Under the pieces are notes generated by a model. It worked only from the letters and a program-made list of their open reading frames with translations, was not told where the DNA came from and made no database searches. A DNA stretch of 63,725 bases, counting the filler, from Octopus bimaculoides (lineage: Eukaryota): the NCBI RefSeq assembly GCF_001194135.2. It is 8 parts of 7 records of this genome, joined end to end, with 100 filler letters (N's around TTAATTAATTAA, not from the genome) between each part and the next. Parts side by side here need not be neighbours in the genome. Positions count along the whole stretch, not along the records: positions 20,863 to 31,206 come from NC_069006.1; positions 31,307 to 49,535 come from NC_068986.1; 6 more parts are not named here. One strand, written 5' to 3'. How positions within the stretch are numbered: position 1 is the stretch's first letter; each line of letters begins with the position of its first letter. A program made the position numbers and the translations under genes. Positions 24,429 to 36,650 of the stretch are shown here, one piece after another.

Positions 24429-26983
24429 TGTGTGTGTTTGTGTGTGTGTTGTTGGAGAGGGGGATAGAGAGAGAGTGCTACGAAGAGGGAGGCAGGGAGG
24501 GTGAGAAAGAGAGAGAGAGAGGAAGAAGGGAGAGAAAGTAAATATGAGGCTGAGACAAAGTGAGAAAAAAGAGGGAGAGAGAATTATAAAATGTGAAAGA
24601 GATAGAGAAGGTGAGAGAGCGGGATAGATAGATAGATAGATAGAGAGGGGCAAGAGAGAGAGGAAAAAAAGAGAGAAAGTCTGGTGTTAGTGTGGTTGAG
24701 ATATGATAAGATTTAGTTTCCGTGTTGTATGAAGAAGGTAAAAATATAAAATAAAATAAAGAAAAAGAAAAATCGGAACGAAACGAAAATAGAGAAATAA
24801 GCAACGAAATACAAAAAAAAACTAGAGACAGGAAAATAGTTCTGATCGGAAAAAGGAATTAAAAAGAAAAGACAAAAAAAAAAAGAAAGAAAAAGAAGCT
24901 GGTGATGATATGCTTGTTGGTGTTGCTTTGTGTATGTTTTTGGTAGGTTTTCTTTTCTCTCTAGCTTTTTCTTGCTTCTTTCAACATAATATCCTTTAGT
25001 CTCCTTCACTAATTTATACACATATATCTGCACGAATGTACGTATGTACTACTACTACTACTACTACTACTACTAATAATAATGATAATAATAATGATAA
25101 GGATTATTACGAAGTGGCATTAGCATTATCTTCAATTCATTTTTATATATTATACAGCTTCAAATAGACCTACACATGTTTCTGCTGCATCGATTAGTAA
25201 CCGGCAAACGTTTGGAGAAGTCCTTTACTAATTACCTATATATAGCTCGAAACGTCAAAGACTTTCCGTATTCCCGAGCGTCATACTAATACATCCTTTT
25301 GTTATTTACACCACCTGTCCTCGTCTGTTGTTTTTTCGTATATTCTCCCATATATATATATATATATATATATACTGTTGTGTCTGGGGAGGGTCATTTT
25401 CTTTTNNNNNNNNNNNNNNNNNNNNNNNNNNNNNNNNNNNNNNNNNNNNNNNNNNNNNNNNNNNNNNNNNNNNNNNNNNNNNNNNNNNNNNNNNNNNNNN
25501 NNNNNNNNNNNNNNNNNNNNNNNNNNNNNNNNNNNNNNNNNNNNNNNNNNNNNNNNNNNNNNNNNNNNNNNNNNNNNNNNNNNNNNNNNNNNNNNNNNNN
25601 NNNNNNNNNNNNNNNNNNNNNNNNNNNNNNNNNNNNNNNNNNNNNNNNNNNNNNNNNNNNNNNNNNNNNNNNNNNNNNNNNNNNNNNNNNNNNNNNNNNN
25701 NNNNNNNNNNNNNNNNNNNNNNNNNNAATGCTTGATTTTATATTGTGTTATATATATAAAAACGATTCGACTTTAAGCTGAAATGTTTCAGTACGATATT
25801 TATTAAATTTTATAAGGAAAATATCAACATTAACTTCGATGCTTCGGCTTGCTTGCCTTCGAAGGAAGGAGGGTGGGGTGGGTGACGAGCCGAAAGATTA
25901 GGGAACAGAAATAATTGAGAATGACAAGTAAGCATGTATTAGGATAACATCAACAGATACAGGTACATCGCACAGCACAAATTTTGGGCGTTGCTGTAGT
26001 AAGAAGCTTGCTTCTCAGCTGTGGAAACTGAAAGGATCCCGTCGTATCTATCTAAGTATATAAGTGTGTGTGTGTGTTTCTGTCTGTGTTTGTCTCCCAT
26101 CACCGCTTGACAACCAGTGTTGGTGTGTTTAAGTCTCCGTAACTTAGCGGTTCGGCAAAAGAGACCAATAGAACAAGCTTAAAATATCAGTAAGTACTGG
26201 GATCGATTCATTCGACTAAAAATTCTCAAGACGGTGTTCCAGCATGACTGCAGTCTAATGACTGAAACAAGTAGGCGACAAAGGATTTATGAAAATTATC
26301 TTCGCCACCAGAGGGGGTGTTGCAATTATCAAATGGCAACTGATGACAGCTTAGTATGAGAAGGGGAGATAACTTCAAGAATATTGAATTCTCGATAACT
26401 TTGGAGAATTCTTGAAGTTTTGGAGATTTTCTCCTCTTTTCACGTGGAACTGACTTTATTGTCATTTGGTAATTATGATGTATCCTTGAGAGCGGAGATA
26501 AACGTAATAAATCAAGGAATAGCTGCGTGGCAGCTTTACCCGGGTTCGATCCTACTGCATGGTAACTTTGCCAGGCCCCTGGGCGATCAATACTTTGTGG
26601 GGATTTGGTAGACGAAAACTGAAAGAAGCCCATCGTGTGTCTGTGCATATCTATGTGTGTATGTGCAGATATATGTGTGTATGTGTGTTTGTCCCACACC
26701 ATCACTTATCAGTCAGTGCTGGTTTGTTTACGTCTCCATAACGTAGCAGTTTAGCATAAAACACCGATAGAATAAGTACCAGGATTAGAAAAATAAGTAT
26801 TGAGGCCGATCCATTCGACTAAAACTCTTCAAAGCAGTGTCCCAGTATGGCCGCAGTCCAATGACAGAAGCAAGTAAAGGATAATCTATGCTGCATGATA
26901 TTCGATATGCCTATATTTGTCAATCCTCTAAACCCAATTTTTCGCGAAAAAAGCACTGCCATTCCATTATACTTCACCACTCT

Positions 26984-27400
26984 ATCCCGACAGAAAAGAA
27001 GAGGAGTACACTTTAGAGTCATCAAAAATGGGGCTGTGTGCCTTCGTTCTAGAAATTCTTGTTTCGCTAATGGCTACCACATACATGTCAAGTGATTTGA
27101 AATCATTGAGCGAGTGACCTTGCTTCCAAGCTGATCCCAAGCCACGTACATTTACACATCCTACTCCGAATGAAACCATGTGCAACGAAGAAAATAGAGG
27201 GAAGCGTTACTCACCTTGGTCTTCGAGGAGGACAGGTAGTTTGGATTCTTTTACTAGAGAATGTCCCTTAAAATGCCTTTCTAATAAAGCTTTGTCCGTT
27301 AGTTTTCTGAAAATCCCAATACTTCGCAAGAAGTTGTCAAAGAGTGTTTGATAATTACGTCTCCTGATGTTTCTATTAATAATTTGTCTTCGACTGTTTT
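26984..27400 (-). mobile_element. Tx1/L1-like LINE fragment: end of ORF1 and start of the ORF2 APE endonuclease
   Basis: ...KLPVLLEDQGE* is followed by MVSFGVGCVNVRGL...VVAISETRI, the (N)VRGL and (Q/S)ET motifs of LINE APE domains. Confidence 0.7.
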
Positions 27401-27840
27401 ACGGATGAATTTCTCAAAAATGTTCCCCTTTTTGAAAATCGAGTGAAAATCGTTAAACACGTCACTTACCTGCAAAGAGAGAAAGAGAGAAAGAGAAAAA
27501 AAATGAAAAGACAGTGATAAATGCTGTGATGTCAAGCTGACACTCGTTAAAGTATTATGATTAATGAATAATACGATGATCAGTCATATGAAATCTAACA
27601 CAAGTCACCCGAAAGGAATTTAGAAGTGGAGGCAGCGGGCTGGCAGAATTGTTAGTAGGACGGACAAAATGCTTAGCGGTATTTCGTGCGGCGTTTTACG
27701 TGCTGAGTTCGACTCCGCCTTTCATCCTTTCGGGGTCAATAAAATTACTTAATTTTATCAAGTACCAGTAACATACTGGGTCGACGTAATCGACTATCCC
27801 CATCCCACAAATTTCAGGCCTTGTGCCTAAAATAGAAACG

Positions 27841-27873
<33 letters not shown>

Positions 27874-28654
27874 GTTATTATTATTATTATTGACGATGAT
27901 GATGATGATGATAATAGGTGCTGGCAGAATCGTTAGCAATCCGGAGAGAATTCTTGACAGCATTTCGCCCGTTCTTATGTTCTGAGTTCAAATTCCGTCG
28001 AAGTCGACTTTGCCTTTCATTCTTTCGGGGTCGATTAAGTAAGTACCAGTTGGACACTGGGGTCGATGTAATCGACTCACCCCCTTCCCCAAATTCCAGA
28101 CCTTGTGCCTTTAGTAAAAAAGAATTATTTATATTACTCAGTTGAGAAGCAGAATTACATAGAATCTTAGCAGCATTTCTTTCGGAGCTTTACGTTCTGA
28201 GTTCAAATCCAGCCGAAGTAAACTTCACCGTTCATTCTTTTAGAAATCGATAATATACAGTTCCAGTCAAGTATTGGAATCGATGTAATCGACTTGGGTC
28301 CTACCCTAAAATATTGCTGACAGTGAACCCTGCAACTGACTGGCGTCCCGTTAAGGGGGAATGTTGCGATCTCGGTCACTTATGCGTCAAGTAAACCGGG
28401 TAACCGGCTTAATGAGCAGAGTCGTCTTAACAGCATTATGGCTCCATCCGGGGTAAATCAGTGTGCTGGACCCTAAAGAATTTATTTATTGACAGCGCGG
28501 CAGGTCATACTTAGACCCGAATCGGGCCCTTATACCCATGGTGTCCCTGGGCAACTGCTCAGTGTGCTCATCCCTTAAGACGGTACTACTTACACGTATG
28601 AGTCCTAGGGCTAAAAAAAAAAAGAAAAAAAAAAAGGGGGGCAATTATGAATAA

Positions 28655-29240
28655 CTGTTCAAATTTCAAGGCCAAAATGTTGTACCCAGGTGATTGAAAT
28701 CTTTTATAGGGGTAGATTTTTTTTTTCAAGGTGAATGTAATAGCAATTTGTAATCAAATTTCAAGTCCACAATGTTGTGAAGGAGCCCTCCGTCGGTTAC
28801 GACAACGAGGGTCCCAGCTGATCCGATCAACGGGACAGCCTGCTCGTGAAATTAACGTGCAAGTGACTGAGCACTCCACAGACACGTGTACCCTTAACGT
28901 AATTCTCAGGGAGATTCAGCGTGACGTAGGAATGTTGTACCCAGGTGACTGAAACCTTGTATAGGTGTAGGCTTTTTCAAGGTGAAGGCAAGAGTTATTT
29001 GTGATCAAAATTCAAGTCCACAAGGTTGTACCGAGGTAGCTGGAATCTTGCACAGGGGTAGATTCTTTTTTTTTTAAGGTAAAGGCAACAGTTATTTCTA
29101 ATTAAATTTACTTGATTGGCGGAACCTTGCATAGGGGTAGATTCTTATTTGTTTTTTAAGGTAAAAGTTATTTCTAATCAAATTTACTTAAATGGTGGAA
29201 TCTTGCACAGGGGTAGATTTTTCTCTTCAAGGTGAAAGTT
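28655..29240. repeat. Degenerate tandem repeat (60-90-bp units, ...CTTG(T/C)A(T/C)AGGGGTAGATT...AAGGT(G/A)AA...) interrupted by a SINE
   Basis: Units are visible on both sides of the SINE B insertion at 28786-28925. Confidence 0.75.
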
Positions 29241-29991
29241 AGGTCAGACGTTATTTTTAATTTTAATGTAAAATTTGATCTTCTCAGCTCCAGACGGAAA
29301 AAGAAAAACAATCAAAAAACGAAAAAAAACCCTCAGAACACGGTATAGCCCGTAGCACTGCGATAAACGGCGGAAAAATTGTTACTGATTAGAAAAAAAA
29401 ATTCTTCATTTAGAAGAAACTATGGAAACACAGAGTACTTCGAAGAAAAACAAAACGGAAAATATACAAATATGGGTACACGAGAAAATAAAAGAAAATT
29501 GCTATTGAATAATTATATATCAGGCTAAAAGCTCAAACTTGAAATATTCTCTAAATTGCTCGGATGCAAGAATTCTGGGGGAAATATCAGCATTTTCCAA
29601 GACAAATTAGATTGGCAATTTATAATTTCATAACATGGCAAAGCCGTGTACGGTTCATGGTCCGTGCGTGCATGCGCGCGTACGTGCGAGTGTACATACA
29701 TACATCTCCCCTTCTCATACTAAGTTGTCGCCAGTTGCCATTTGATAATTGCAACGCCCCCTCTGGTGGCGAAGATAATTTTCATAAATCCTTTATCGTC
29801 TACTTGTTTCGGTCATTAGACTGCAGTCATGCTGGAGCACTGCCTTGAATTTTTAGTCGAATGAATCGATCCCAGTACTTACTGATTTTTTAAGCTTGTT
29901 CTATTGTCTCTTTTGCCGAGCCGCTTAGTTACGGAGACTTAAACACACCAACACTGGTTGTCAAGCGGTGATGGGAGAAAAACACAGACAG

Positions 29992-30025
<34 letters not shown>

Positions 30026-30059
30026 TTATGAAAAAGCTCTCTGCTGCTGGATGTCAGTA

Positions 30060-30880
30060 AGTGTTGCATGAGATCAACAACAGGACAGGTGCAGCCTCTG
30101 CGGTATATAGAAAGCTTTATCAAAGAATCTCTCCCGAAGCACGGGTTTAAGACTGAGACGGAGCTAATCCGCGTGTATTGTGTAGAAGTTACAAACATTC
30201 GGTACACGGATTTGGAAGAAAAGAAGAGGATTACCTGCGTCCTAGAAGAAGAACTTAGGAGAAGCACTTGTTATATTGAGTAGGTTATGTTCAAAGGATG
30301 GACAATAAAAGTCTGCCCCCCAAAACAAGCTTTTTTCTGAACTAGCAACAACGCTACCATAGATAACACACAGAGAGGTTTTGAAGATGAAGCTCGTACT
30401 CTGCAGGATTCATTTAAAAGGAGTTTGTGACTACCGTAAAGATAGATTATAATGGAAGGATTTCTATGTTGTTTTGCATATGAATTCTCTGAGTTTTGAA
30501 CTGGTAACAAGTACACGTCACCATGGAAGAACACACTTGAGGTTCAGGCATGTCTTCAAGTGGAACCCCGCACTGGGCAGCATCCATCTAAAACGATTTT
30601 CGCGAATGTCGCAAAAGATGGAAATTAAAGAATTTCTGTGTTGTCTTGGCGACGAATTCTTTAGGTGCGGCAGAAAAGACAACGCTTATCAAAACCAGCA
30701 GATCGAAATGAAAAGACTGGAAAAACATCGAAAAACATCGACGGAAAAGCACTATCGATGCCGAGCAAATAAAGAACCCAAATGTTTCAAACAAATCTGG
30801 ATCTCTATAGTTGATAGAGGGCCTACGTCGGACGATTTACTGAGGTCTGTAATGATCTTTAAGACTCATAAGGACAGAGA
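30060..30880 (+). mobile_element. Highly decayed RTE-like LINE 3' fragment
   Basis: HEINNRTGAASAVYRKLYQRI resembles the RTE post-RT EINxRIxKASxAFxxL motif; several frameshifts. Confidence 0.5.
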
Positions 30881-31122
30881 TTAACCCGGTTTTCCTCGTG
30901 TATAATTGACAGAGATCACAATTGTTCACCGCCCCGTGACCGAGACGCCAGCCCGTCGTAGGGTTGACTTCCCGTCAATTGCTGGAACTCATTAATAGCT
31001 GAGTGGACTGGATCTCCGTGAAATAAGTGACTGCTGTTCCACATGTGTGTGTATATCTATGTATCTATGTATCTATCTATCTATCTATAGTTAAAAGAAC
31101 ATATGATAAATGCACAAAGAGG

Positions 31123-31175
<53 letters not shown>

Positions 31176-31206
31176 TATATACATATATTTATACATAATT
31201 ACACAC

Positions 31207-31306
31207 NNNNNNNNNNNNNNNNNNNNNNNNNNNNNNNNNNNNNNNNNNNNTTAATTAATTAANNNNNNNNNNNNNNNNNNNNNNNNNNNNNNNNNNNNNN
31301 NNNNNN
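31207..31306. other. Artificial contig linker
   Basis: N44-TTAATTAATTAA-N44. Confidence 0.95.
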
Positions 31307-33284
31307 TATATATATATATATACGAATGTATGTATGTATGTATGTATGTATGTATGTATAAGTGTACGTATACACACACACAACCTACACATTTACAAGA
31401 GTAAAATAACTCCAAACATCGATATCTTAATATTCCTAACAGATGGCGACACTGAACGAACTGCATGTTTTCACACATTTTACCATAAGAGAGATGTTTA
31501 TCCTCGGTAACTGTAGTGTATTTGTCTTTAGCATTTGAAATATGTGACAAACGTATTTCAACTAACCTAAATTGTGCTCAACCATAAACACTGCTGTGCG
31601 CCAATGCTTCGTTATATATATATATATACATATACACAAGTAAACGATTACCGACATATCTTTATTTTGTATAGACTCCACCATTTTGACTGGCTTTGTT
31701 TGATTTATCGCTTGAAATGCGACATTACTTATCATTGCGTATGGAACACACTAAAACAGAAGTATATCATTGTAGGGTCTGTGTGTAAGAATGTTTATAT
31801 GAAACACACTCATTAAATTCGGTTTGCCGTGCTAATCTCCAACCGTACGTACTCATAACTTATAATCAGGACAGGTATTAATATGTTTTTTTAAAAAATG
31901 CATCAGTTAATCATTTTATGAATAACCACCAATGGACTGATGTTGAACTCTGGGCTTCTTTATAGTTAAACACATAAAAGAGAAATACCATGTCTGTGTC
32001 CTGGAGGCGGTGGTAGTCTATCGCAAGTAGCTTCCGCTAAACATCAGCAAAGTGACATGAAGTAATGTCTATTCAGGATTTTAGCCAAGGAACACAGCTG
32101 CGAAATATCTGCAACACATCTGAACCTCTGACCTATGACCCACCAACAACCCGATCCATTATTCATACAGCAGTTTTGTCTCTTTTTCTTACGCATGAAA
32201 AAAATAATACTCAGCGAAATAAACAGCTAATGATAAAGTTACATAAAACTATTGAAGACGATTTGATGGTACTCGAATTAGTGAGAAGGAAATAATGATA
32301 TTGATCGCCGTGTTTTTCAATTATCAAAGAGTACAAACAAGGCTATTATAATATTGGACAACAACGTTTATAAAATAACTAATTAACCGAACACATACAT
32401 ATATTTTTATCTTTAAACATTTCTAAAATATTATATTGTATTACACAAACACAATAATGTATATAGCGTGTATCGACATTTTTGTGCAAGGATTCATTTT
32501 CGTTACATTATTTTCTAACAAAGTAAGACAATTTCCTTCCTTGAGCTAACATCTTTTAATACAACGATAGAATATTCGTCCTTTTTTTTTATTTTACTTC
32601 TCCATTCATGTAACTTTAAAAGTCATCCTTGTTTAATCTTTTCAGTTCACGTCGTTATTGTGTCTCATTTAATTTCCTGACCAGATTCTAAAGAAAAATG
32701 AACCGAAGTTATCATCAACATTATAAATAATAGATTATGCTGTTTTCTCAGTTTTTCTTTCTTTCATTTCGCTTACACCGTTTATTTCCATTTTTTTGGT
32801 ATTACTCATTTCTGAATTTCTATGACGTTAGTTATTTCTTCCGCTTCATACTCTCCATTATAACAAAGCATTGAATTATTTTGTTTCTGACACATATCTT
32901 CTTTCTATATTTTTATATTTTTTTTTATTTAAATAAACACATAATTTTAGATTCTTAATATGTTACCTTCCACAATATAAAGGAGATACAATGTAGAGAA
33001 ATATTATGTAACAAAGGGAAATAACAGTTACTAAAATAAACTAGTTGTATAATATTAACGTATATGTGGTACGTAATTCTATCACTTTACATCAATCCGG
33101 TTTCAAGTCTCGCTAAGATGAACTTTGCCTTCAGCGGAGAGATAAAATAAGAGGTTAACATAAAGGACTGGCTTCGCTGTTAATCAAATACTTCATATAT
33201 AAACGTGACATCTATTTCTGTTCCGGAAAATATTATCTCATATTGTATTCAGCTACATCGCACACACACAAGGAGATACGCACA

Positions 33285-33339
<55 letters not shown>

Positions 33340-34128
33340 CCTGGAATACACTCACAGAAGCAAACACTCACACATTCACATATACTTACATACGGTATCT
33401 ACTCAACCACGTTTGCGCACACACAACCACACACAAGCGCATGCAAATGTTCGCACACACGTCCTCTCTCACACTACGTGCGGACACAGATGTTCACACA
33501 CAAACACACATACTCTCTCTCTCTCTCTCTCTCACACGTATACTCTTTCTCTCTCTCTCTCTCTCCCTCACGTATACTCTTTCTCTCTCTCTCATGTATA
33601 CTCTTTCTCTCTCTCTCACGTATACTCTTTCTCTCTCTCTCACACACACACACGCAAATGCTCTCTTACACACACGCACGCAATTCCTCACACACACACC
33701 CATCTACCCTGTCCTCTCTACACTCATAAATTGTAATAGGATGACCAGTGCACCCTAACAGATTTGAAACCAAACTGAACTTGAACAAATGACTGAACCC
33801 TTAAAGTGGTCACGGATGGCTAGTACACTCACACAATCACACGTACGAGCCGTCACGCGGGCGTACACACAAAACCACACACACGCATGCGTACGCACGC
33901 GCATGCACACGAACACACACACACATACACACACAAACACTTTGTTTACTCTCACCCTTACATCCTTTTCTAAGCAAACATACACCTACATACAAGCATA
34001 CGTGCACACAGACATAAAACAAATTCTCAGACAGGATCAGTGCAAACCTTGGAGCGAGAAGGATACTCACTGATGGATACTCAATGAAAAAGTCTCGACC
34101 GGTGACAAAAGAACTTTGACTAACAAAC

Positions 34129-34500
34129 TGTTATATCCTTAAAATGTTGGATTGATATAACACCCATTTCGGTATACAGTACACTTAGTAAAACCAGTAG
34201 ACTCGACTACCTCTGACCGCCTACCACGTGCTCCAGTACTTCACGTACTTCTCTTTACTGATAGTGACTATGTTATTCCATTCGTCACGTGGGAGGGGTG
34301 TACCATTATTACTAATTCCCTACAACATCTCCCCTTTTAAGTTTTATTAGTAACTTTTTTATTCACTCCACCTCTCTTTTTTGAGTTTTCTCTTTTTTCG
34401 TGCAATTTAATACTTTTTGTGCTTGGCATCCATTTTCAAGAACTCTGTATGTTTTCTTCTCCGCTCACTTGTACGCCTGGCTTTAATCACCTGCAGTGGC
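34129..34500 (-). mobile_element. 3' end of a Ty3/Gypsy-like element: polyprotein tail, polypurine tract and a 199-bp LTR
   Basis: Minus strand: basic ORF end RRTSERRRKHTEFLKMDAKHKKY*, then PPT AAAAGGGGAGA (34338-34328) directly before TGTTGTA...TATAACA (34327-34129). Confidence 0.7.
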
Positions 34501-35584
34501 GTTGGTACTTGGAATGTATCCTACAACCATTCCATCGGTTCCTGCAACTTCTTTGTTTCCTCGAAAGGAGGAAAGGCAAAGTCGACCTCAGTGGAATTTA
34601 AACTCAGAACGTAAAGAGGGACGATGTGATGCTAAGCACTTTGCCCAACGTCTTAACGATTCTCTCAGCTCAATAAATGAGAAGCCTAAATGGGAAAAGG
34701 CCAACAATTTTGAATGGAGAGAAGTTGTCGATATCATCGATCCTTGCACTTCAATGACTCTTTAATACATAGGACTTTCAGTGTTTATGAAGTTCACTTC
34801 GGTGAAATTTGTTTTCAGAATGAGGAAAGCAAGAAATAAAGCCGTTAAGCATTTTGTGATGCCGAAAAGACGAAAGACAAAATCGATCTCGGCCGCATTT
34901 GAACTCAGAACGTAAAACTGTAAGAAATGACGCTAAGCAATTTGTCCGCCGGGGTAACGACCTTGTCAGCTCGCTGCCTTATCAAAAACAACAACAACAT
35001 CGACCCCAGCAGAATTAGAACACAAAAGGTAAAAACTGACGAAATACCACTAAGCATTGTGTCCGCCATTCTAACGATTCTGCTACTTCGCCGCATATTC
35101 AAATTCCGCCGAGGTCGACTATGCCTTTCCTCCTTTCGGGGTCGATAAAATAAGTATCTGTTGAACATCGGGGTCGATGTAATCTCCACCCCAAAAATTG
35201 TATTTTTGTGACAAAATTGAAGCCATTATTATTATTATTATGTTTGTTTCTTCTCTTTTCAAATGTTCTTCCATTTCTCGCCGAGTGCTTTCCGTACAAC
35301 TAGGGCAGAGAAGCTCATTGTATGCATTCCCAGTTTACACACGCAAATTCACAGGTAAAATATGTATAAGAAAAAAAATGATAAATAAATAAATTCATGA
35401 ATGGATGTTGTTTTCACAGCGATAATGCTCTTCTCGGTACATGAGTCGTTCCAGTTAACACGATTTTTTGCACTTCCAGTAAGGATGGTAAGCCTGGTAT
35501 CATTTTCAAATAGGTTTCCGTACCCTTTTTTTTTATCATTCCTAGAGATCCTACAATCACTGGTACGGTAGTCGCCTTGAGATG

Positions 35585-35827
35585 CTACATTTTAAAAATT
35601 TCTATTAGCAAGTCTTTATATTTACTGATCTTGTCAAATTCTTTCGCCGCTATATTGTGATCGCAAGGAATACTCATGTCAATTAATAAACACATCTTCT
35701 TTGTCTGATCTTTTATAATAATATCCAGTTTATTAACTTTTATAGTTTTGTCGGTATGTACGGGGAAGTCCCAGAGAATCGACACATTTTCCCGCTCAGT
35801 CACAGTTCCAGGATGGTGTTTATACCA
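35585..35827 (-). mobile_element. RLE-type (R4/NeSL-like) LINE C-terminal nuclease fragment
   Basis: WYKHHP..ILWDFPVHTDKTIKVNKLDIII...LIDMSIP...KEFDKISKYKDL matches the PD..D restriction-like endonuclease region. Confidence 0.8.
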
Positions 35828-35829
35828 TA

Positions 35830-36650
35830 GTGATGTAGCCCTCTTGATACAGAGCAACTTCTAGGGATAATCGAGAGGAATCTGATATTTCCCTGAACAC
35901 CAAGAGCAAGTGCCCTCTCCAATTCTTTCTGACTCGTAGGTCTACATTTAGAGAGGTAACATCTGCTCTTGAAGAAGAGTATGAGAGCTCTATCAAAGAG
36001 GAATGTATCTGTCCCCTGCCTTTCTTCCTTATCCACCAAACAAGCTCTTTCAGCAGAGCCATCAGGCTACCAGCAGTGCCTCCCGGTAGCATTGCCAGGC
36101 TAAGAACATCTGGAAATTATCCATAATTGTTCCCGATCGGAAAGTTCTCCGGAACAGACTAGCCAGTTCATTTCCGTCGACGCCCAGATTCTCCCCGAGA
36201 ACGTCGTCGCCACAAGTCCTCTATAAATTTCTAAAGCGGAGCATCTACCGATCCAATTGCCCGACTGGTAGAGGCTGTGAATACCTGACGACATTCTAGG
36301 TGCCAGGGTCCCGGTCTCGCCCTTTTCTTCTTCTAGGACTGCATCTCCGTCAAGGAGACGAGCTGCAGAAAGACGGGCATTAGAAACGGATCTCACACTT
36401 GCTCACAGTCCAAAAATCGGTTGCAGGTGCGTAACTTGAACGCATGTCTGCGCTTTAGTATCCACGGTATACCTAATTCGCCACTCAGAGGATACTGCAA
36501 CAGACTGACCGCCTGACCATTGAAACGTGTCCCTTCCAGAAGAATTTAAATAACAGTCGCTTCAACCTGGTCAAGCAGTAGCTGGGACAAGACACGACAG
36601 CCAGGCGATAAATGATAACGAAGGTGATGTAGGCATTCGCCACTGCGATT
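35830..36650 (-). mobile_element. Decayed Tx1/L1-like LINE ORF2 3' region
   Basis: LKRLLFKFFWKG...VRRSVCC post-RT motif, with broken frames downstream. Confidence 0.55.

Noticed and set aside
25881-25905. Hammerhead at GGTGACGAGCCGAAAG
   Set aside because: The core starts with G rather than C/U, there is no room for stem II, and there is no stem I.
32121-32141. Nuclear-receptor DR2/DR1 element (TGAACC-TC-TGACCT-A-TGACCC)
   Set aside because: A short motif with no linked gene or conservation evidence; it is plausible by chance.
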